A stretch of 64,000 nucleotides of DNA from Phoronis australis (Eukaryota; Animalia; Phoronida), in contig NMRA01000959.1 of assembly GCA_002633005.1 (NCBI GenBank), forward strand, positions 24,252 through 88,251, given 5' to 3'. This document shows positions 24,711 to 37,849 of this stretch, in pieces. The notes beneath the pieces are model-generated. The model worked only from the letters and a program-made list of their open reading frames with translations. It did not search any database and was not told where the DNA came from. A program made the translations under genes and the position numbers. Every line of letters starts with the position of its first letter. Within the stretch, counting starts at the first letter, position 1.

Positions 24711-25989
24711 CTCATGATTTCTATGTGTTTATATAAAAAATAAAGCATAGTAAATGGATATAATATAAAACACTCTACATCATGATAACAGGGGAGGCAA
24801 TCTACAGTAAAATTAACAATATTATACGCGCATATATTTTGAAACCATTTTGAGAATGAATGCTGTGTGTGATAATGTATAATCAGGACGCACGCGATGA
24901 CTTTCACATCATTGAACAACTAAGAAGAAGTGTATAACAAAAGAGATTCGCACACCATTGGTGCATATGTCGTAATGCTGGTCTGATCAACATTCTCATT
25001 GGTACAGGTATAATTGAGGGAGATATTTCTCCGACCAATAGCCTCACTGGTACATGTATAATATGGGGGATATTGGTCCTATCAACTGCCCCATTGGTAA
25101 AATGCAGGACCGATATTGGTAGCATTACCATCGAAACAATTGTGCGTAAGCGAATTGATTACAGTTCTTGCATTTTTGCGACATTGATAGGGGTCGGTAA
25201 ACTTGCTGTCACAATTCACGGCAAGTTATTACTGGCGAAAGGAGTTTTAGATTCAGTGGGATCAAAATATGAATTGGTTACTTAAACTGTGTAAATCTTT
25301 GACCACGGTAGGAGGAAATGTAAGCATGTGCGTTTCATTTTCGGGAACGTTAACTATGACTCTTAAGTCACGTTGCACTTAGTGTTGAATGCATTGCGAA
25401 CAATTCGATGGAGTTTGAGAACATCAACTACTAAACACGAGATTTCTTGGGTTGAAAAAGGTCACACGGTGAGAAAGTTGAAAAACCGCCAACCGATCTT
25501 AGTAAAGCCTCGGTCCCTAGGGTTTTTAGACTCAGCTCTTTTTAGCTCTCATAACAAACGCCGTGGCTAAAAATACACCAACAGCCAGAGCACTTGGCCA
25601 TGTACCAACACCTGACCATAAGAGCCTTTAGAATCCACCTCAGTATATAACAAAAGGATTTTCTGCCGCTGTATACAATATGGGTGCTACCCCAGGGAAC
25701 GTAACAAGGGGTAAAAAATAAGTACTGTATCGCACTTAACACCGAATCACCATGACACATAAATTACAGTCTGGACCCCAAAAAATGAACAAGCTCATAC
25801 GTTCGAAGTACCACAAAAAATTACATTTGATTCAATACATGTCACTGATCTCTAACTGACCAATGGCAGAAAACAATGCACAATAGCCAGAAAATGTCAA
25901 CCACGGTATGCCATTAAAAGTCTCAGATAGATTAGATATTCGAGGTAACAGTTGAAACTGATTTAAAACGAACAATATTACTGTACTGA

Positions 25990-26215
25990 ACACCGAATAA
26001 GTCATTACGAATTAATTGTACTCTGGAAAGGGTCTGACAGAAACCAAAAATAATCCCCAGGAGTAAGCTGACTATTTAAATGTTACCTTTCATTTTGTAA
26101 TTCGATCAGTTTCTCTTACTGTCTTTGTGCGTTTTTATTGAGGGCCCCCATGGAAAGCCTTATTTCCTGATGGGGCTACCCTCATTGTAAATGTTATATT
26201 CATAAATATATAAAT
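25990..26215 (+). mobile_element. 5'-truncated LINE 3' end, flanked by two diverged copies of a ~170-bp sequence
   Basis: GAGGGCCCCCAT...ATGGGGCTACCCTC stem-loop followed by an AT-rich tail; 25810-25950 resembles 26220-26380. Confidence 0.45.
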
Positions 26216-28299
26216 TGGGACCACAAAAACCAATTCGATTTTATTAAATGCATGTCACTGAGCATTAATAGCCCGGTGACAGACAGGTTAAACTTCTAGT
26301 CGTGGCTACAAAAAACCCAAAACATGTCAACCACCGTATGCCATTGAAAGTTTGAGCTAGATAGATATTCGAGGTACCAGCTCAAAGTGGACTCTCTCCT
26401 TGCTTAACAGTAATACTATCGTGACACTGATTGCCTGATGGGTAATAATCGGAACATCAGCATTTTTGAAAATACTTAATGAATATTGGCATACTATGAA
26501 CTGTCAAAAAACAACCAATTAAGTGACGATTAAGGCCGCAGCTACTGTAGCATAGTAAGCTTAACTATCTTCCTTGTTTTTTCCACGCTAGTTGAACAGG
26601 AAAATATGGTTAAGACGCAAGAGAAATCATAATGGCATATGGTAGTATGTCAATTTAGCAGCACGTCAAAAAGAGAGAGATTTACATGGTGTTTCGGAAT
26701 GGTGGAAAAATTCAAAAAAGTGGGACGGTCCGTAAAGATCTTGCCAACTGGAAAATACACAGTGCGCTGTCAGCAACTGGAACTACTGGAGTGGGTTTTT
26801 TACAAACATAAACTTTTATATTTAAAAAACCTTAGTTCACTGGTGTAATTATGCACTACTGATAACAGACGGTACAGTTAAACACTACAAAATAACAATG
26901 TTACTTAAACAAACCTGTTTTAGAGAATAAACTTTTCATTGAGGACAAATGTAACCCCTTTCCGTGAAACAGCGTACCACAAATTTAACACCCAAATTTG
27001 TTATGTTGAAAAACTCCCTGTATGCCGAACGGGACACTTAAGGGACAGTTTGGCATCCTCCCTGCGACAAGAATGGTCGAAAGACCTATATGGACCATTA
27101 TCCTTTCTTACAGTGGTACTATGGCGTCTGGTCAGGCGCCTGATTCCCATGGTTCTCAGGAAGAGTTCGAAAGGCTTCTTATGTACCTTCCTGTTTACCA
27201 ACTCAAATGGCAATGCATTGTGACACGGATGTATTTGTTGCGGGGCTATTCCAAAGTTTTAATGTCATATGGTATTTTCCAAGATGCTTACTTTACGCCA
27301 CCATCCATTGTCCATTCCTTATTCATTTTAATGAAGAAGAGAGTTCAGTACAGGCGAAAGTACATGTATTGCGGAAATACAAGAATACACCACGAACTTC
27401 AAACTAAGCACTTCGTCACGCCTATACAGATTTATCCAGTTCATCATTGCCTATTTCATATATCACACGTTTTTAACAGAATCATGTGGTGGAGATTTCT
27501 GGGGATGGCATGCACAACCCAGAAAATATTGCTTTTTCTCACAGGCCATTTAATAACCAGTAACTTCCATTTGAATCACATTGAGTTGTTTTTTGCAGTT
27601 CGTCGAAAAAATGACCAAGTTTATTTTTGGGCATGGTTTTTGAGGTTCTGGCACACTCCTTCCAGTTTGCAATTTGTATGTCTTGGGTCATTCTGTGTTA
27701 ATTGTGGTACTATATTGTTCGTTATAATTCAGTTTAAACTGGTAGGCCTACTCCGAATATCTAATCTAGCTCTACTTTTTGATGGGATACGGAAATCCTA
27801 AGTTATATCACAATGCTCTAACTATTATAGTTCGTAAAATTATTAATTATATTTTACCCAGCTAAACAGCGCTAACTACGGTTTAAAATGAACCTTGCTG
27901 ATATGTGGTTGAAATAACCCTGGCTTGAAAATTACTTCCGGTTTACTAGCAACTATCGTCAATTCATCTAATTGGATATCCCATTTTACCATCTTGAATA
28001 TTGTACATTAAAATTACAATTGTCCGAGGAAGGATTTGAACCAACGACTTCTCAAAGTACATATATAAATGAGTCCAGCATTTTTACCACAAACTTAAAA
28101 TTTATCTCTTCCAGGTTCTTTTTGTCACAAAAATGTCTCACCAAATCCAATGCAATGCTAGTCGTACATGTGACCTACAGCTCGTTGTCCAGCTTAATCT
28201 ACATGTACAACACAATACGTTTCTTAAATAATTATGGTAACAGCAAATCTTCAACTCAACACTCCTAAACTAAAATTTCACTGTTATTTCAATTCCCCG

Positions 28300-28620
28300 C
28301 CTTTTTAAGAACAGTTATGTTTCAATTCTAGAGGGTAACAGACATAGTCCACTTTCAACAATTTTTTTTCGAGCAAATCCAGTCGCCTCAGCAACTCAAT
28401 CATGGAGTTGCCACATAGAGTAACGTCGTAGGCATGTAGTAATAAAAAGACATTTTCAATGCCGTGGTCAAATTGAATACAGCGTGTATCTCTCTCTTTT
28501 CCAGTTTCCATTTCAATAGCAAGTTTATTCTTGTACACAGAGACAATAGTGGACTTAACATGCCGCCCTGTTTGACTCCAGACTTGCACTCAAAAAGTTG
28601 GAGTGTTGTTTTAACTTCAG
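28300..28620 (-). mobile_element. Small decayed LINE RT fragment
   Basis: IENVFLLLHAYDVTL...LLRRLDLLEK resembles a decayed LLYADD region. Confidence 0.4.
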
Positions 28621-31600
28621 TATTTATTTAAGCATTCACAGCTGAATACACACTCTAAGCTGTTCTCAACAGTGGCCCAACCAAATCTTTTTATGTTAGT
28701 ATATAGCATAATTGTGTTTTATTTGTCAAATCAAATGCCTTGCTGAAGTAATTATAAGCACAAAAAATGATGTTGATTTTCGTCTTGATTCGTATTTTCT
28801 AACCAAGTTGTTAAGAACAACAAGACCAACTCGGAGTGTTGATTTATGCGACCACCGTGCAAATTGCGTAAAGTTAGCACGGCTGCAAGCCATTTTATCA
28901 CGGGCTCGCGATATCCATGCTGCTTAATCTATCACCACTAGTACACGAGCGCCCTCTAAGTCATTGTAAATTTTCCTAATAGACCCATTGTCGGTCCATT
29001 TTAGCATTATAAAGTTTTCACAAAGTAATCTATTAAGTAGAAAGACTTGAGCCCTTCGAATCGTTATTTGCGGGTAAAATGTCATTTTTTGCTATCGACA
29101 CTTCGTTCCAACTCCAATTTCTAAGGTCCATCATCGGGTTTGCATGGGTCACACTGCAGATAATAAGGGAAATGCCAAAAAAGGAACCACAACTGCCGAC
29201 TCACACCAGCAGACATTAGAATACAATGACATATGAAACGCCTGGCAAACTGTGTTTTTGGTAAAAATGTCATAATTGAAAACCGTTATTTCACTAACAC
29301 GCACCCTAAAGGAACTGAAATGTGTTTGTTTTGTAGTTGAAGACTTTTTATTATCATTTAAGTGTGCTGGTTTTGTTGAAATCTGGAACTTCCCTTTTGG
29401 AAACACCGGGAACACGCTTGATGCTCCAAAGCTTTCGTTCATCCCGGTACTTTTGTACTACTGAATTATCTGTTCTTCCACCATTCCTGTGTAAGGAGCA
29501 ATGCAAGACTACTTTTGTGTATGGTCTAATTTCTGTACTATGGCGACGTGTTTAGTACCACCCACGGAAAACAAGTCGCAAACTCGGCTCATAGAAAATC
29601 GATGGATACATGTACATGTGGTCGTATCCATTTTTCTTTCCTAATTCACTTTGAAATCGACACCTTGCCTGCTCATGGTAGAAAAAGTCGATTTCTAAAT
29701 CCAACGGAAAACTGGTTTACTACGTATCAAATCTCAAAGGTGTGTAAAATCGAATCTTTTTGAATGTATAGCGCAATTTCTGTAAGCACTTACAGTCTTT
29801 TTATTCGAGAAGTTCAAATTATACCGCATCAACGATGATTACAGGACAAAAAGACGCCGCACGAAACGAGAACTAAAGACGTGAGAAACTTAGCCAGTAC
29901 AATCGTCGTTGAAAAATCATTATTTTAGATGTAAGTGGACGAGCCTAAACATGCGCATGTGCGGTAGGCGTCTCATTGAAACTGACGCGTACTGTCTTGT
30001 TGCGCTGACATACGTATCAAATGTGAATGAGTGCGTCCCAATGTCTGTTTTCAGAGATGATCAGATGAAGGAAGTAGGCCATATAGGTCATTTATTGTGA
30101 CTGAGGAAAAGTGCAGTATAAAAAGTCATAAATTATGCATACGAAATAAGTAAACTTTGGAATACTGATCGATAAAAACGCTAAAAATAAGACTGTAGAA
30201 GCTAGTGCGTCCAGATTAAAAATTACAATGGTTTGTGGCAAAATTTAATTTCATTTCGATTATGAAAGATAATCTGAACCTACATCTGGATGGTTTACAA
30301 GCACATAACGTTCCACAGGTACTTACAAAGTTCTCGAAAAATGAAATAAATGAACAAGAACGTAGATGGAAATAAGGAAGGTAATATATTCTCACAAAAT
30401 GTTATTTAACTAGCGAAATATAACTTTTGTTCGCCCTGTGACTTACATATACATGTACGTTCTATTTCCAGGCATAGATTGGGAGTTGGCGAACAAGAGT
30501 ATTATCGTGAACGAAGACAAATACACAAAATATTATCCAGCAACGTCAACATAGTATCTACACTTGACTTCACTACAAAAAGAAAATAAAGAAAATCCTT
30601 AACTTGTTTTGTACTAACTCTTTCAAGTACCATGTCTTACAAGAGGTCCATGGTGCTACTGGCTTAAACAATTTGTTAGTCCATCAACCTACATGTACAT
30701 TGAGCTCGTTCTGCCATAAATGTGTATGAGAAAAGTAAACACCCTGGTATGTTCTACTACAACACAATGCATGCAAGTGACACGTTATCCAGAAGAAGAC
30801 CAAAGACCCCAATTCCTGATAGGAGTGAATGTCACGATCGAGCAAGTATCTAATATGTAAAATAAATTGCATACAACGGAAAAATAATTGTATGGGTACA
30901 TGTAGCTTAAACATCAACTAGCGATAGCCCAAATTAGATAACTAAGAATGCCATACAAACAGTCATTAATCTTCATATCTTTTCGAAAATATCTTTCCAG
31001 TGTGTAGCAAAAGCTCAACAAAATTCCGAAGTTACTCATGGATAATTTGTCAGAATTTTGTAGAAGTTTCCATAGTTAGTTCTTAAAACTAGTCTAAGAT
31101 TTTGTTAAGTGGAGACTGAAACTGAAGAACAATTTTTTACGACTCCAAAACAATTAGATCTTTTCTGCCAGAAATAGAAATCCGTCCTTTCGTGATGGGA
31201 AATACCAATTTTCACATTGTGAAAAAGAGAAACACTTTTTGGGAATATTGACCACTTGATAGTGGCATTGATGACTGTAGCCGTTTACGGCGTAATTGTG
31301 GAATGGTTCAACATCCTAAAGTCTTCCATTGGATGGAAACGTTTTTTGCCGGATCTACTTTGAAAACAGCGACAACTAGATTCTTACAAGGCACGCCAAC
31401 TAAAATTTAACTGAATGAATATCGCTATTCATTGGTTGTCACCGCACTGTTAACATCAGTCAAAGGTGAAATTACTACACTGTTCAGCCGTAAAACTGTT
31501 CTAGACCTGCAAAGGTCTACGCACACACATGTGCAATTGAACGTATCTCAGTCGCGCTTCGTTCAAGTACGTTGTATCATGCTCTTTGTCAGAGTCGTGC

Positions 31601-31682
31601 GTGATTCCGTGCGTGCTGATCGCTCTCAGAAGTCGTTTCCATCTGAACTGCAAAGCTTGGAATGAACTCAGTACCTGTTAAC

Positions 31683-31696
31683 TCAGTGGTCTACAC
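31683..31696 (-). CDS. Candidate terminal coding exon of the ZU5-DED gene (G-V-D-H-stop)
   Basis: Acceptor AATTTTCAG| then GT GTA GAC CAC TGA, in phase with the phase-1 donor at 32026; short, so speculative. Confidence 0.4.
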
Positions 31697-32025
31697 CTGA
31701 AAATTGATCAACTCATATAACAAAGTTGAATTAACATTACACACTAATTGGCAAACACAGACTTATCATCTAATGGGTACTTGTAATTAGTACGATAACA
31801 CAGTGTACCAAGCATTGCCAAACATCCATACTTAAAATATATTCACGTGCATTTCAGCAGGGAATTACAGTCTGACATTACTTCATTTTCAGTAATCAAT
31901 AAAAAGAGAGGCAATAAGAGTTACTCACAAAAAGCTAACAACCAATAAGAGAGCAACAACCAAGTACATTCACCCATGTGACAGTTGAGTGTTCATAGAA
32001 AACAGGTCAATCTTCAATCCCATAC

Positions 32026-32198
32026 CTAGTGCAACTATTTCGCGTGACAGTTGTTCCACTCTATCCTTAACTTTGTTCAGATCAAGCAGGCCCAGTGAGT
32101 AGATTAACTTGCTGTACTCCCCAACTTTTATAATACCTTGCTCTTCAAGTTGGTCGAGAAGTTCCCCAGTGTTTGTTATTTTGTCCAGTTTTGCTCGA
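32026..32198 (-). CDS. DED-like domain, exon b, module 1
   Basis: (N)RAKLDKITNTGELLDQLEEQGIIKVGEYSKLIYSLGLLDLNKVKDRVEQLSREIVAL; TTTTCAG| acceptor and G|GTATG donor; 173 bp, same length as the paralogous exon 48833-49005. Confidence 0.8.
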
Positions 32199-35100
32199 CT
32201 GAAAAAATAATACATTCACGAATATCTCAATATAAAATTACGGCGGGATTCTTAATATATCCTAGAAAAAAATGTACATGGAAGAAGCCTACACGACAAG
32301 AGTAGCAGTTATTAAATAATAATTCAATTACCGATGGAGATTCTCATTATCTTACCATATCGCACACGGTTCTACTTTAATTTGAGAAACGCAAGCTGAT
32401 TTTCTATTACCCTGTTACTCTATGTTACATAATAACTCGGGTGGATAACTTTGTTATCCGACTTTGCATTGATAAACCTATAGTGTATTATAAAGGTTTG
32501 GAGATTTAGTCACCACCATAAATCAAAGCCCGTAGCCTACAGTACATGAGCATACACAACATATATACAATAAAATACATGAGTAGGCATACGCGCGCAC
32601 CTAATATTTCAGGCATACACAAGTTCTTGCTCGAATATAGAGGCGTTATACACAAATTTAAGCCACATTTCCAGCACACAGCGATCAGAAATTTAAAAAA
32701 AATAAACGACTACCCAACACTTTGGTCTAATATAAGTTAAGGCAGCAACATCATTCTCAAAGAGGAACGATAACTTGGTTTGGTTAAATAAAAATAGTCA
32801 GGAATATAACTCCTAAAGAGGGACGATCACTTGGCTTGGTCTAATAAAAATAGTCAGCAATATTATTCTCAAAAAGGAACTGCCAAATGGCTTGGTCCAA
32901 TGTAGTTCTCGAAGCATTGCAGAAACAACATAAACAAACACAGTGAAATTCACGAATACTGTCTGAACTCAAAATCTCGAGTTTTCATTCGACGTTTTAT
33001 CTCTTAATAGGACTCCGTTTGCACAAACCGTGATGAACTTCAGCACCGAATTATGAACGATTGCTTCAAGTTCACTAAAGCGGAGAAAATGAGAATGCAA
33101 CCAAATGACAATTTCGAATTTAATTTCTAGAAGAGTGTTTAAATATCGGCCAATAAGAACTTCCATAACTTGATCGGGGCGTGTGCACAGTCAAACGGTT
33201 TCCCTGCAGTAACGAATAAATTAAGAAAAAAAATGATCATTGATCTGCACCCACTGTGTGCTTTGCCTACAGATACCAGAGATGAACTTAATTTGAAACA
33301 ATCCCACTAAATAGAGCAACGCTAGTTACTTGAAGCTTAATAAGCTCCTCCAAGCGGCGCAAGGTAACTCTGGAATATTTTGCTCATTAGCAACACACTT
33401 GCCATTTATTACGAACCTCAGAACAATTTGGGATAGGGAGACAACACCCATAGCACCCAAAAATCCCAAAAAACACTACTAGGGGGCAACACAGGTCTAA
33501 TTCATCTAGGATACGTGTTGTTATCTACGCAATAGCAGCTTACTAGAAGAATTTCCGGAACATCCATCAAAGAATATGATATATTTCAAATTATTTTTTT
33601 AGAAAAAAAAATCGCAACTTGGCGACTACGCAGTTGTCTAATTTGATCCAAATTCCAAGTCACTTGTACATCCCCATACTCACTTAAGATGCTTGATGAT
33701 CTACCAAGGAACTATAATGTTGGATGGCATAACAATAAAAGTGCAATTGTCACAAGAGGGCGCCACATCAGTCGAAACCAGACTAAAATCATCGCCAGCC
33801 ACGCAGGTCCAAGAAGAAAAACCTGTGCTAATTTTCATAATCATCTTTACAGTGGTCTGTTCAATAGATTAGGAGAGGCCGGAACAGTCTAATGGTAATG
33901 AAATTGCCCTCTAGGTGGCATACAACATTTTAAATCCATCTACAAAGGGTGTTACTGTCTCTTTAATAGAGCTCAGTTTCACACCAATCCGCACACGAAC
34001 TAGAGAGATGGAAATTAAAAAAAAAAATAAAATAAAATAGGAATCACAATGCTAATCAAATTAATCTGGAAATCATTGTCATCCGTCGCGTCGCTCTCCG
34101 AAATAAAATAATCAAATTCAATCTTTACAATCACATCAGCCGCAGGCACAAACAAACAATCGCTACTGAGGGCCCGTGGAAAGCGTTGGGAACAGATGTT
34201 GCAGCCTTGGTTGTCAATATTACTTAATAATAATTATCATAATAATAATTATTGCGAGGTGCCACAGTGTTTGGAGCTTCTGAAATCACCGTTAGCTCTG
34301 GTCTTCTCAGTAGGAGTGCAGAGGTCAGTTTTTACAATGATCTTTAGAGAAGAAATGATAACAACAGGTACGCTAATGAGTGGATCAAAAGTTAAGACAA
34401 ACAACCGTAAGGTGACGCAAAATACGTCCCAAATGAGAAAATGTCATTTTCTCCAGAATAGGAACCATATGCCAAATTTGACGACGACCATCGGTCTAAG
34501 CAGGCTAAAGGAGGAAGGCAAAGGAAACATAATACCAAAAATCATCGTCAGCCACCAGGTTACCTGAATGAACGTATGTATTCTCATGGTCATCTTGTAA
34601 GTGTATGAATATGTCAACCTCGTGTCAATTTGGCCGATCGAGAGGCGGGTGCCAAAACAGAATAAACACAACGGAAACCGCCACTGTCTAGTTAATGCCG
34701 AATACCACTGCATACATCAAATCCTTCCCAGCAATAACAAAAGGCGGCGCCGTCTTCTTAACAGACACCTATTTCACAAGTTTTATGAAAACTCATTTGA
34801 AATTCGGAAGGTCCTAGGGGAAAACCACATAGCTAAACTTGCCATTATGGGACGAAGGTAATCCTATCCAACCAAAAACTGAGTCATGCCGTCTAAACTA
34901 CGAGACGGTCATGCCTGGAAGCTTTCACAAACATTCATCCGAATGTTTTGAAGATTCATGACCTGACGCCGGAGAGTTAGATGCCAGACACGATGGTGGA
35001 GTAATGCAATTACATTATTATAAGCATGTGGTTGCAGAAAAAATAAACAATAAACCTTAGAAAAATTGGAAGTTCAGAGAAGATTGATTTTCAACTTTCC

Positions 35101-36809
35101 AATAAAACAAAGGAACTTTAAGCTTTGGTTTATACCATTAAAACAAAATATATATTTTTACAATCTATCATCGAGATACGGGAGAAAAGGTGAAGCAGAC
35201 CTGTTTAAATAAGACTATTGATAAGCGATAAAACATGAAAGTTTCACTTTCCAATTTATTAAGAAAAAGTATAACAATAGAGCTCTTGTTGTGAAAAGTC
35301 GAAACTCTGTGTCCATGACTGTCGAAATAAAGCATGTTCTAAGTTCAGATACACTGTGCATTTGTGAATTGTAAGTTTCTAGTTTAAAACGAAAATTGCT
35401 CACATTTTAGTGTAATTCTGTTCTGTGGTATACGCAGCAAATATGTTAACAACAGAGAAAAAATGAACGGCTGTTTTGTATTTAAAAACAATTAACTACT
35501 GCCAACTATGATAGAACTGTGTTGTTACTGATAACACGGTTTAACTCATGGATTGTCTTTGATGTCCTCATCAAGACTAGTTAAAATATAGAAAATATGG
35601 GGAAGAATGACAGATGTAATAAATACAAGTGTTAAAAGTATGGAATTTGTTTTACAACGCTCACTGCTTTGCTTAAGGTTATTTAGAAGACTTGAAACAT
35701 AGCAAAATTTGGCAAACGCCGAAAATCATATCTCAGAAATGGCTGATAGGATTCATATTAAACTTTCAAACACAGTATTCGCCAAAATGCTGTTATGAGT
35801 GTTTTTTTGAAATTTTTCACTTTCGGATGTGTGGCTATAAAATAGGTCTTTTTATAATTTTTCTCGAATCAAAAGTTGGTTGAAACGAAAACGAAACTAT
35901 AATTTAGAAATATGTAATAGTTAACTTAAGAAAAATTTAACTGTCAATCCCAGATTTTGTTAACATCGATTAGATTCGACCACCTAATTGACTCTATTTT
36001 TTGTTAAGGATGTATTATTTTACTTTCAGAAAGTATTTACACTTGCTAAAAACTACAGTTTTGTACATAATTGTCTACACACACCGACAAGGCAAAAGGT
36101 CCTGCGCAAAATTAAACCCTGTAAGCCCATTGAGTCTGCACAAAACTGGAACAGGTTCATGAATAGACGATGCCAGAAATGCACGGACGCTTCCTTTTCG
36201 GTTTGTCATCTCGAAAAGAAAATTCTAGGTTGTGACATTCAAAGCTAATTTGAAAGCTACGTTGTTAATAATATAATTACAATCGGTCATTTCGGTTAAA
36301 GCAATGACGAGTATCGATGCGCTTCGCCTGCCTAAAAAATTGGGGGCTCAATTTTGTGAGAATTTAGACTTTTTATTTCAAAAGGATTCACGGGGGTTAG
36401 TTCAGAGCTATGAAGTGTGCATTAAAAATGGCTTTTTAGTGGAATTCTGTCTATATCTCTCCTTTTGTCGGAGCTTTTGTTTGACTGAGACAGACCTTTT
36501 TACCCACTTCGCTAAGTGGTGGCCTCGTTCGCGCCCCCAAATTCCCTTGGTGCGAGCATGCTGAACAAATTTTACGCTTCTCACAAAAATTGGAGTCCTA
36601 ATATAAGATAAGTTAACACTTCTCGAAATCTGTATAAATATTCTGTAATCGCTGTGGATCCCTTCGGTGTTTTATGACTGAATCCACACCTGATAACCAT
36701 TTTATTTCAATTTGAAATTAGCCGTTCTGGACAAGCCGAGGCAGGATAAACTTTGAAATGTAGCATGATACATGTAGACTCCCAATAACATGCAATGTAC
36801 AATTCTTAC

Positions 36810-36921
36810 TTAATCCAAGCTTTACACAATCTCTTTAGTCTTCCAAAATCTTCTTCAACCACACTGTCAGCAACCACCAGTAGCAGCTGTTGATGAAGTT
36901 CTTTTGGGCATGTCCGTAATT
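36810..36921 (-). CDS. DED-like domain, exon a, module 1 (not in the ORF track)
   Basis: (E)LRTCPKELHQQLLLVVADSVVEEDFGRLKRLCKAWI; TTCGCAG| acceptor and AA|GTAAG donor; joins exon b in frame. Confidence 0.8.
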
Positions 36922-37849
36922 CTGCGAATAAATTGACACATTTCTAAGATATGTTAACGTATTTTGCCTCTCTTGATATTTTTGAGAATTGGCTACTTAT
37001 AAACTATGCTAACATTATTTACAGCTGTTTTGAGTAGTTTGCACACGATCCAACTCTGTACCATGCACTGATATAGTTATAAACCTTTGATATCATGATA
37101 TTTAACTCTACAAGGGGTCGCTACACGGCGCCATTTACAGTGCAAGTGTAAGAAATTGACGGCATTGAAGCATGGATGCAATCCATTGAGCTGAAGATAA
37201 TTACATGGATGCGTCTAAGACAGTTGTTTGAAGCTTTCAATCAAAATACGTCAACCACCTTAAGTGCGTGTCTTTTCCTTAGGCTGTTAGTTTAAGAAAT
37301 ACCTGTGGGATCAATGCCAGTTACAGTAAACCGCTAGATATGCCTTATTGGTAGCCCTGAATTTTTAGAGTTTGATTTAAAGTCTTTCTCAAGTGTTTAT
37401 TCCAATGAAACAGTTGAAAATGCAGAACAGTAAATTGCCCAATGCGTGTATGCCACATCTTATAATGTTTCCACCCTAAACATACGAAGAGCAACGAGTC
37501 CTGAATGGCGGACATAGTGTTTTTGAAACCCTAGTCTACCACCTGAGTGAATAACCCAGGTTATTTTCTTTTGGTGTTTTTGTTCGACGTTTTGGTTCCT
37601 GATTGTTGTTCAAATGTTGATCCGTTTGTTTATACTAGCAGCGCCCTGACTCTTCGCAAAGAACAGCATATTTTACATGTAGCTAATCGACCTTCTCTAA
37701 TTTATTGAAGTGACGTTTTGTTGAAACACACGTTTTTGTTACCATTCATTGTGCTCAAAACGAGGTTATAGAGTATAATTAATATAAAACGTTTTTTGCC
37801 GGAAATGTGCATACATTACCGTGGCGCCTAACGTTATACAATTACGACT

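Noticed and set aside
27022-27801. 259-aa ORF as an intact gene
   Set aside because: No recognisable domain, atypical composition, and it overlaps other fragmentary frames.
34300-35020. Penelope-like GIY-YIG fragment or hammerhead ribozyme
   Set aside because: The region aligns at DNA level with 51400-51950 in the paralogous intron with no shared frame, and there is no intact CUGANGA/GAAA core.
37283-37356. Candidate extra exon in the ZU5-DED gene
   Set aside because: AG/GT-bounded on the minus strand but has stops in all three frames.
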